Shown here: one piece after another, positions 1 through 7,955 of the stretch
Position numbering within the stretch: the first letter of the stretch is position 1
How the letters are laid out: the number at the start of each line of letters is the position of its first letter
Source: a virus
DNA length: 64,000 nucleotides
Virus record (IMG/VR): IMGVR_UViG_3300013119_001061
Strand: one strand, 5' to 3'
Translations under genes and position numbers: made by a program
Notes under the pieces: generated by a model
Seen by the model: the letters and a program-made list of their open reading frames with translations, nothing else
Told to the model about the DNA's origin: nothing
The model's database searches: none

Positions 1-15
1 CGCGTTCTTAATTTA

Positions 16-1470
16 ATGTATAACCCAGAGGATGACGGCGAACCTCTCAAGGCATCATATTTTGTGACCACCCAGAAAATCCTACAAGAACAATACATTA
101 AAGATTTTGGTGAACCCGCAGGACAAATGAAGTCAATCAAATCATCTTCAAACTATGGTTGTAGATTCCACAAAGGAAACACTTGTGCGGAATCACGTCA
201 ACTACTCAGAACAGAAGACAGAGGGACAAAGTTCTTTAAGACATGCACAATGAACTGTGTATACAAAAAGGCTAAAGAGGCATTCCTTGGGTCACCCGAG
301 TCAGTTGTCAACTTTCCTTACTTCTTGACTGAGGCAACCTACAGTGGCGGAATCACCCCAAGACATGTGCTAGTGCTAGATGAGGCACACAACATCGAAC
401 AAGAACTCAGTCGATTTATTGAGATTTCTGTGTCTGAGTGGTTCTCAAAGAAGACGCTAAAAGCAGGCTGGACATCCTCTGAGACACAATTCCAGGCATA
501 TAAATGGGTTAGAGATATATACTTCGAAAAAGTAGAAGCCCGGCTCAAGCACATCGAAGGAATGATGAGCAAATACGGTGGCCTCCAAGACAAACTTGAT
601 GAGATGATGAACTTTGCAACACAAATGGAGATGCTTAAGTCTCATGTTGATAAGATCAAGGTGTTCCTCAAGCACTATGATAAAGACAACTGGATTGTAG
701 AGTTCGATAACTTCAAGGGACGAGGCAAACGCCGCATCACATTCAAGCCCGTAGATGTATCCAAGTTTGCGTCTGACTACCTGTTTCGTCTCGGGAACAA
801 GGTATTAATGATGTCAGCGACGATCCTTGACAGAGACTCATTCTGTCAATCTCTGGGTATCCCTGCGAATGATGTTGAGTTTATCTCTATTCCGTCTCCG
901 TTCCCTGTTGACAATCGACCAATTGTTGAGCTTCCCGTCGGCCCAATGAACATGAAGAACATTGAAAACACACTTCCCAAGATGGCCAAGGTCATTCAAG
1001 AGCTACTTGACTCCCACCCAGATGAGTCTGGGATCATCCACACACACACTTATAAAGTCGCGAAGCACCTAAAGGAAAACATCAAGACAGATCGATTCTT
1101 GCTGCATGATTCTGATAATCGCGATGAGATCCTAAAAGAACACATCAAGTCAGGCAAACCGACAGTCTTGCTTAGTCCATCAATGTCAGAAGGCGTAGAT
1201 CTCAGAGACGACTGTTCAAGATTCCAGATCATTTGCAAGATTCCGTATCCGTATCTAGGAGACAAAGTTGTGAAAAAGAGAATGAATAAGTGGCCCGGGT
1301 GGTATCCGCTGCAGACTGCGAAAACAATCGTCCAGTCAGTAGGCCGAAGCATCAGATCTGAAGATGACTACGCTGTGACATACATTCTAGATTCGCAGTG
1401 GGGCTACTTCTACAAGCGTAACAAGAAGTTCTTCCCTGCTGATTTCCAAAACTGCTTGAGGAGGACATAA
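16..1470 (+). CDS. DinG/YoaA-like SF2 helicase (probably 5'-truncated by window edge)
   Basis: Motif Ia TTQKILQEQY, Cys cluster, LDEAHN (DEAH), MSAT, SEGVD, QSVGRSIRSEDD; Walker A missing, so the gene probably starts upstream of the window. Confidence 0.85.
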   Translation: MYNPEDDGEPLKASYFVTTQKILQEQYIKDFGEPAGQMKSIKSSSNYGCRFHKGNTCAESRQLLRTEDRGTKFFKTCTMNCVYKKAKEAFLGSPESVVNFPYFLTEATYSGGITPRHVLVLDEAHNIEQELSRFIEISVSEWFSKKTLKAGWTSSETQFQAYKWVRDIYFEKVEARLKHIEGMMSKYGGLQDKLDEMMNFATQMEMLKSHVDKIKVFLKHYDKDNWIVEFDNFKGRGKRRITFKPVDVSKFASDYLFRLGNKVLMMSATILDRDSFCQSLGIPANDVEFISIPSPFPVDNRPIVELPVGPMNMKNIENTLPKMAKVIQELLDSHPDESGIIHTHTYKVAKHLKENIKTDRFLLHDSDNRDEILKEHIKSGKPTVLLSPSMSEGVDLRDDCSRFQIICKIPYPYLGDKVVKKRMNKWPGWYPLQTAKTIVQSVGRSIRSEDDYAVTYILDSQWGYFYKRNKKFFPADFQNCLRRT

Positions 1471-2231
1471 TGCCAGACGATGATGATATGGGAAAAATCA
1501 TTGAGTTTCCAATGCACAGGGTTCAAAGACGTCAAGCAGAATTCAATGATGATATTTATGATGGAGGAATTCAAGACTTTAATCCTGAAGTTATGTCTGA
1601 TCCACAGCTGGGCAGAACTGTCTTATCGTGTCCCCCATATGTAATCGGTGATATCTTTGACACAATCTTTTGGGCACGCAGACTATCATGGATGTTTAAG
1701 GTAGGGATTGCAGTCGAGCATCCTGTCATCGAGGAAGTCAGCCCTGAGATCGTATCTGCTACTGATGTTAAATTTAAAGATAGATCATTTGATATTATGT
1801 GGTTTGATGAGGATAAATGCATTAGTGTGTTCAAGATTAAGATAGATAAGCCGTTAAAAAAAGGCGAGCTAGATAAGGCAAATAAAATTCTCAAAGGCAA
1901 GGGTTTAGGAAATATACCTCGAAGACTAATATCACTTTTTGAGCCAAACCCAGACTTTATTGAGCCTGAATGGACAGTAATCCCATTAGCTGATTTTATT
2001 AACCCGATGTATGATATTTCAGGGATTATTGCTGGAAATGAAGATTTGTCACGATCAATTGCAAATTGTTCATCATTCGTTTATTTAGTTGATGAGATTA
2101 TTACACGCTTCTATGAATCTCAAGCAAATAATAACAAAGAAACACAGGTAGCAATGAAATATTTTGCGCAGCAAATGGGCATATATGGGATAATGTGTAA
2201 ATCATTAAAATCAGGAACTGGACTTTTCTAA
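1470..2231 (+). CDS. hypothetical protein
   Basis: 253-aa ORF coupled to the helicase stop (TAATG). Confidence 0.7.
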   Translation: MPDDDDMGKIIEFPMHRVQRRQAEFNDDIYDGGIQDFNPEVMSDPQLGRTVLSCPPYVIGDIFDTIFWARRLSWMFKVGIAVEHPVIEEVSPEIVSATDVKFKDRSFDIMWFDEDKCISVFKIKIDKPLKKGELDKANKILKGKGLGNIPRRLISLFEPNPDFIEPEWTVIPLADFINPMYDISGIIAGNEDLSRSIANCSSFVYLVDEIITRFYESQANNNKETQVAMKYFAQQMGIYGIMCKSLKSGTGLF

Positions 2232-2234
2232 ATT

Positions 2235-2262
2235 GTGCAAACCAAAATAAGCATCATATAAT
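2235..2262 (+). promoter_or_regulatory. putative phage promoter GTGCAAA-N15-TATAAT
   Basis: Intergenic; the same motif recurs at 4681, 34106, 39562, 55117, 57027; followed by SD AAGGAG. Confidence 0.6.
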
Positions 2263-2285
2263 ACAGACATAAAAGGAGCTACTTT

Positions 2286-4154
2286 ATGGGCGGTCTATAC
2301 GGGCACATGAGTCATATTCACGAGGATCTTGATCTTTCGTTTAATAATATCATTGATATTCTTCAAAACCTTTCTGAGTTTCGAATCGAGCCATTTGAAA
2401 AAATGGATGGTCAAAATATTAATTTCACGGTTGACTCCGATGACAACATTCGACTAGCTCGAAACAAAGGAAACATCCAGGCAGGCGGCTTAAGCACAGC
2501 TGAATATTCTGCAATGTGGAAAGATCATCCAGCACAAGAGTCATTTATGCGAGGATTCGAGGCAATCCAAGCAGTGCTCAGAGTCTTGTCAAGCGAAGAG
2601 AAGCAATCTTTATTCGCCACCGGCAATAGATATCAAAACGCGGAGATCGTCTATCCCGAGGGAAAAAATATCATCAAGTACGATGCACCAATGATCCGTC
2701 TTCATGAGGCTGCAATCCTATTTGATCGTGAATCTGGATTGCAGGTTGAAAACGACCGCGAGGCTTTTGCAGTAGCAAAGAAGCTGGGTGATATCATCGG
2801 TCATCTTAAAGTGGCAGTTCGAGGAGAAGAATGGCAAATCAGGAAGCCCAACAATGTAGTTCTTAACGTAATCAATCGGACTCATTTTGAGACTGCTGCA
2901 AGCCGCTTAGAAACGCTAGCCGGCTACTACGTTACTCGCCCAATCTCTGACTGGGTTGAAAGCAAGATCAGGCCCGATCTTTTGCAGCAAGGGCTAAATG
3001 AAAATGTCATCAATCATGTAGTCAATGCCATGCTGCGCAAGCAAGGTGCAATGACAGCTGTTCAAATCAAGAAGTTAGTTCCAAAAGATCAAAAGTCAAT
3101 TGTGTCTCAATACGCAACAAAGTTGACTGCAGCTAAAAGAATCAAAGAGAAGACTGCAGATATCGAGATGATCATTAACGATTTCGCAATGGAGCTGCTA
3201 AGAGACATTCCCTCTGAGTTCGTTAATAATCACAACATCGAAGTTCAGAGAATACAAAGAGAATTACAGCAGTCAATTACGACACTACAACATGCAGCAT
3301 CAGCCGGTGACATGTCTGCCAGGGACTTGCTAAGCAAACAAATGCCAAAGCTGGGAAGTGTATCAAAATTAACTTCATCGCTTGAAGGCATTGTATTTCA
3401 ATATCCGAAAAACTCAGGCAGAATCTATAAGCTCACCGGTGCCTTTGCAATGACCAACCAGCTAATTGGGCGCGCAACCAGGATGAATGTGCCGTCTGGC
3501 CCACTGGACAAAACAAAAGCTGCTTCTCAAAAGATTGCACTAATCCCAATGTCGGCCAAGCCCTATCACAAAGGTCATCATATGCAGGTTCGGCATGCAT
3601 CGGCAACTTGTGATCATGTATATGTCTATGTTTCCCCTACAGACAGACAAAGAAAAGGAGAGCTCCCCGTCTTTGCCTCAAGCTTGAAGACATACTGGAG
3701 AGATCATATTATTCCAAGCTTGCCCGATAATGTAACTGCAATCACTACGGGATATTCTATGTTTGGCCTGAACCATCACCCGTTAGCATCACCCGTGTCA
3801 GCTGTATACGCCCACCTTGAGTCTGCAGAATCTGCGGGAAGCAACAATACTTTCTACATATACTCAGATGAAAAAGATACAGGCAATGCATTCCCAGAAA
3901 AAAGCGTAATCAAAAGCGCATCATCATTGCATGCAAATAAGCAAATCAAGTTCCCGGGAGTCGAAGACAAAAATAGCTTGCCCAGAGTTGCCAGCGGTAC
4001 AGAAGTCAGAAAAGCAGTGTCAGATAACAACTTTGATACATTCAGAAGCTTAATTCCCGATTTTATGTCAACCAAAGACAAACGAAGTCTGTTCACGATC
4101 CTCAGAATGCCAGAATCAAAAATGGGAAATCTAATGCCAATTTCAATGGGATAG
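2286..4154 (+). CDS. ligase-like (EKxDG) domain fused to HxGH cytidylyltransferase-like domain
   Basis: N-terminal GHMSHIHED...EKMDGQN; C-terminal AKPYHKGH and SGTEVRK. Confidence 0.6.
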   Translation: MGGLYGHMSHIHEDLDLSFNNIIDILQNLSEFRIEPFEKMDGQNINFTVDSDDNIRLARNKGNIQAGGLSTAEYSAMWKDHPAQESFMRGFEAIQAVLRVLSSEEKQSLFATGNRYQNAEIVYPEGKNIIKYDAPMIRLHEAAILFDRESGLQVENDREAFAVAKKLGDIIGHLKVAVRGEEWQIRKPNNVVLNVINRTHFETAASRLETLAGYYVTRPISDWVESKIRPDLLQQGLNENVINHVVNAMLRKQGAMTAVQIKKLVPKDQKSIVSQYATKLTAAKRIKEKTADIEMIINDFAMELLRDIPSEFVNNHNIEVQRIQRELQQSITTLQHAASAGDMSARDLLSKQMPKLGSVSKLTSSLEGIVFQYPKNSGRIYKLTGAFAMTNQLIGRATRMNVPSGPLDKTKAASQKIALIPMSAKPYHKGHHMQVRHASATCDHVYVYVSPTDRQRKGELPVFASSLKTYWRDHIIPSLPDNVTAITTGYSMFGLNHHPLASPVSAVYAHLESAESAGSNNTFYIYSDEKDTGNAFPEKSVIKSASSLHANKQIKFPGVEDKNSLPRVASGTEVRKAVSDNNFDTFRSLIPDFMSTKDKRSLFTILRMPESKMGNLMPISMG

Positions 4155-4182
4155 ATATTTATCTTCAGAGGCGGAGATAGAT

Positions 4183-4686
4183 ATGTACGATTTTTTAGAA
4201 TCCCATATGTGGGTTACATACTCACTAACAATGACAATGCTATTCCTTGGATTGCTTAAGACAAAGCTGCTTCACGGGCTCAAGCCCATCATTATTGAGG
4301 GCAGCAAAATCCCAGCAATACTTTCATATATTGCTCCGCTCACAATCGGAGCCATCTCAATATTCCCATTCGTAATTGCGAGAGCCCCAAAAGGCACAAT
4401 GTCTGAGACAACTCGACGACATGAGACAATACACTTCCACCAGACGATGGAGCTATTAATAGTCGGAATGCTAGCAATCTATTTGTATGACTATTTTGTC
4501 GGGCTAATCAAATATAGAAACGATTGGGAAGGACAAAACAACTCCAGAGGTTGGCCGTATTTATCTGCAGGAAATAAGGCATATCATAGAACCCGCGCAG
4601 AGCAAGAAGCATATGAGTCAGAAGACATTGAGGATTACCTCGTTAATCGCAAACGCTGGGCATGGATCAAAAAATACAAGGTGTAA
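4183..4686 (+). CDS. membrane-associated HExxH protein
   Basis: Hydrophobic segments, RHETIHFHQ and downstream EQEAY. Confidence 0.5.
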   Translation: MYDFLESHMWVTYSLTMTMLFLGLLKTKLLHGLKPIIIEGSKIPAILSYIAPLTIGAISIFPFVIARAPKGTMSETTRRHETIHFHQTMELLIVGMLAIYLYDYFVGLIKYRNDWEGQNNSRGWPYLSAGNKAYHRTRAEQEAYESEDIEDYLVNRKRWAWIKKYKV

Positions 4687-4709
4687 ATCGCACCAAGCTG
4701 CTGTATAAT
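4681..4709 (+). promoter_or_regulatory. putative phage promoter GTGTAAA-N16-TATAAT
   Basis: Recurrent motif at a gene boundary. Confidence 0.6.
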
Positions 4710-4758
4710 ATAAATGATTCAATAAAGGGGTCAGAATACGGAGTCGACGTTATGTCGA

Positions 4759-5166
4759 GTGTACTATAAATTAAAAGCCATTGCTCAGAATTATTCTGAA
4801 AATGCACACAATTACAACATCTCAGCATGCGTCACAGTAGGCAAGACGAGGTTCTACGGCTGGAACAGCTATGACACTCATCCATTTGCCAAGCGTGAGC
4901 TCAAGTGTTCATCTACTGGCGAGAGCGTGGTAAGTTATTGCTACCATGCTGAGGTTCATGCACTTCAAAAGGCACTGAGGTTCACGCAGAAAATGAAATC
5001 CGCTGATATTGCGGTAGCAAGAGTTCTGGCAGATGGAAGCTTTACAATGGCAAAGCCCTGTGAACACTGCCAGGGTAAAATGAGAGATATTGGCATCAAT
5101 CCATCAAAGATCAAGTATACGAATTGGGATGGAAACTTTGTTACGCTTAATTCGTATGAGTGTTGA
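4759..5166 (+). CDS. zinc-dependent cytidine/dCMP deaminase-like protein
   Basis: HAE and PCEHC motifs. Confidence 0.75.
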   Translation: MYYKLKAIAQNYSENAHNYNISACVTVGKTRFYGWNSYDTHPFAKRELKCSSTGESVVSYCYHAEVHALQKALRFTQKMKSADIAVARVLADGSFTMAKPCEHCQGKMRDIGINPSKIKYTNWDGNFVTLNSYEC

Positions 5167-5230
5167 AAATCTACAAATCTCCTGGTTATAATCAAATACA
5201 AATCACTTATAAAGTGGGAAGGTAAATAAT

Positions 5231-6946
5231 TTGTCACATTCAGATACGAAAGGAGACTTCGGAAGCTTTGTGCGCCCCAATCGATTCGTCGGTTTACACG
5301 GGCACTCAGGCTTCTCGTAGTCGACTTACGACGGACTCGGCTATCCAGCTCAGCATATTGACTTCGTTCTTGACAACGAAATGGATGCATGGGCACTAAC
5401 TGACCACGGTCACGGCTCTGGCTTAGCACATGCTCACAAGCACTTCGACAAAATGAAGAAGGCCGGCCGCAAGTATCGGCAGGTATACGGTGTTGAGTTC
5501 TACTTCGTCGAGGATCTCGATGTTTGGAAGCAAAACTACCTGGGTCACAAAGAAAAAGTCAAGGCTGAGAGAGATGCAAAGAAAGCTGAGAAGCTTGCAA
5601 CAACCGATCTAAGCTCTGACAATGAAGATGATCTCAAATCTGAAGGACACACCATTGAGAATGAGGAGGAGTCAAAAGGCGGAGGTAAGGGGAAACCCGA
5701 ATGGATGCGCCGCTATCACCTCGTAATCACTGCAAGAAACGCAGCAGGCCTAGCCAATCTTTTCACGCTAGTAAAGAGAGGATACACCGACGGCTTCTAT
5801 CGGTTCCCACGAATTGACTTCAAGCTTCTCAAGCAATACAGCGAAGGTCTAACTGTAAGCTCAGCATGCATTGGCGGAATTACCGCAGGACGAACATTCC
5901 AGCAATTCCCGGGCGTTGATTTCATGGATCTTAAGCCTGATTTGCTAGATGACCCGTCAAAGATGAAGAATCTGATGGGTGTGCTCGGAAACATAACAGA
6001 TCGGTTTGTCGATGCAGTAGGACAAGACAACTTCTTCTATGAGCTGCAGTTCAATAAGCTCCCAGCCCAGCATCTATCTAACCGTGCGCTTCTCGAACTA
6101 CACGATCAGACGGGAATCGGGCTTATCACCACATGTGACTCCCACTATCCCGGCAAAGAATTATGGGAAGCCCGGGAGCTATATAAGAAGCTAGGCTGGA
6201 TGGGAAATGATCCGTCACCTTTGCCGAAGTTCGACGAGCTAAAGTGTGAGCTTTATCCAAAAAATGCCTCAGAGGTGTGGGATGAGTTCGACCGCGACTG
6301 GCATGCCTATGACTTTTACAAAGGCAGGGAAGAGCTTATTAGAGATAGTGTAGAGAGGACACACGATATTGTCTGGGATCGTTATGAAGATGTATGGGTC
6401 GACTCTAAGGCTAAGCTACCAAACTATGCTGTGCCTCAAAAGGGACATGCATGCTATCCTGAGGCACCCAAAGATACACCCTTTCAGCAGCTTGGAAAGC
6501 TTGTAAAAGCAGCAATGATCAGTCATGATATGGCCGAAAAACCTGAGTATGTTGCGAGGATCAAAGAAGAGCTAGCTGACATTAAGTTCCTCGGATTTGA
6601 AAACTACTTCCTGACAATGTATGATGTTTTCCACTTGGCCGAGAAGAAAACTCTCTTTGGGCCTGGCCGCGGCTGCTTTTTACCTGATACACGTGTAAAA
6701 ATGTCCGACGGATTAATGAACACAATTGAAGCAATTTCTCCCGGTGATCACGTAATTGACGCATACGGAGAAAGTCAAGAGGTTATAAAGAAGTTTGTAT
6801 ATGATATCGAGGAAGATATTGTTGAGCTTGAATTTGATGATGGTATCGTAATTAAGTGCACAGTAGATCATAAGTTCTTGACGTCAAATCGAGGATGGGT
6901 TGAGGCTCAAAACTTAAGCGACGAAGATGTTATTGTTGATGTTTGA
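5231..6946 (+). CDS. dnaE: DNA polymerase III alpha, N-terminal part (PHP + start of catalytic domain) fused to split-intein N-half; in-frame TAG at 5318-5320
   Basis: In frame upstream of track ORF 5381: FVGLHGHSGFS*STYDGLG, then ALTDHG, YGVEFY, HLVITARN, SACIGG, DSHY, GPGRG|CFLPDT; TTG start at 5231 after GGAAGGT. Confidence 0.85.
6674..6943 (+). mobile_element. split intein N-half (90 aa) in DnaE
   Basis: Starts CFLPDTRVKM after GRG; block B CTVDHKFLT; ends GWVEAQNLSDEDVIVDV*. Confidence 0.92.
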
Positions 6947-7007
6947 TATTTATAAATAGTTTAGTTATTCGACCCGGCCCGATATACTTATATTGAGAGG
7001 GCAAAAT

Positions 7008-7955
7008 ATGAAAACTCGAAAAACACTTTCAAAAGAAAACAAAAAATATATTGACAAACTTCTAGCAGGCAATGACCAGATGTTTATTAGTCAAGAGATG
7101 CTCGAAGTCATTAAGAAAGAAACTGGCCTGACAAGAATGGCGATAAAGCACCAGATATATGATCTTGAATTTGATTATAATTTTGGGTATTCATGGGGTG
7201 AGTTTGATAACAAGACACCCGGAAAGGCACGAGTTTATTTTAGATGCAAGACGTGTAATTGCAAATACAGCATGTTAGCGATCAAGCTTAGAGGACGAAC
7301 GTATAGCAACGACCCGATATGCCCAGATCACTATGCTAAGATTGTGACTTCGTCAAAAGTGTGGCGAGAAAAGAATAGAAGTGCACAGCTTGTTTCGCAA
7401 AATTTACCAGAGGCAAAAGAGAAGCAACGAGTTTCACAACTTCGACGACATGCACAGCCCGGAATGAAAGAAAAATATCGCCAGATCGGCTTAACACTGT
7501 GGAAAGATCCGGAGTATGCAAAAAGAGTATCAAGCTCACTTCGAGAAAAATGGAAAGATCCGGAGTATGCAAACAAGGTGATGAATAACTCAAAGCAACA
7601 ATATCATGGTAGCTACAGCGGAATGAGGTATCAAAGCTTAATTGAACTATCTTTTATTCTGTGGATGGTTAGTGTAAAAAGAAATATTGGGCGTTATAAT
7701 CTAGAGGGAATAAAATGGGATGGAAACAGAAGCTATTATCCTGATTTTATTGTTGATGGAAATCTAATAGTTGAAGTCAAGGGGACCTTAAAGGGATTTA
7801 TGTATCAAAGAGAAGACGAGATAAAGAGAAAGCAATCTGCTTTAATAGAGTGGTGCAAAGACAGAAAATATGAGCAAAGAATTGTTGTAAAGAAAGACAT
7901 ACCGAAAGAATTCTACGAGAAGGCAAGGAAAGTGCATGACAAAATTAATCTCTAA
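7008..7955 (+). CDS. free-standing homing endonuclease (PD-(D/E)xK, TnsA-N-like) between split-intein halves
   Basis: YQSLIE...YYPDFIVDGNLIVEVKG; CxxC and WKDPEY repeats; location inside the fractured gene. Confidence 0.75.
   Translation: MKTRKTLSKENKKYIDKLLAGNDQMFISQEMLEVIKKETGLTRMAIKHQIYDLEFDYNFGYSWGEFDNKTPGKARVYFRCKTCNCKYSMLAIKLRGRTYSNDPICPDHYAKIVTSSKVWREKNRSAQLVSQNLPEAKEKQRVSQLRRHAQPGMKEKYRQIGLTLWKDPEYAKRVSSSLREKWKDPEYANKVMNNSKQQYHGSYSGMRYQSLIELSFILWMVSVKRNIGRYNLEGIKWDGNRSYYPDFIVDGNLIVEVKGTLKGFMYQREDEIKRKQSALIEWCKDRKYEQRIVVKKDIPKEFYEKARKVHDKINL
7500..7573 (+). repeat. 23-bp direct repeat x2 (TGGAAAGATCCGGAGTATGCAAA), 51-bp period
   Basis: Copies at 7500-7522 and 7551-7573, encoding WKDPEYA. 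Confidence 0.9.

Noticed and set aside
6947-7935. Group I intron interrupting dnaE (and likewise IMPDH)
   Set aside because: Spacers are too short for a ribozyme core, and intein N/C motifs explain the split
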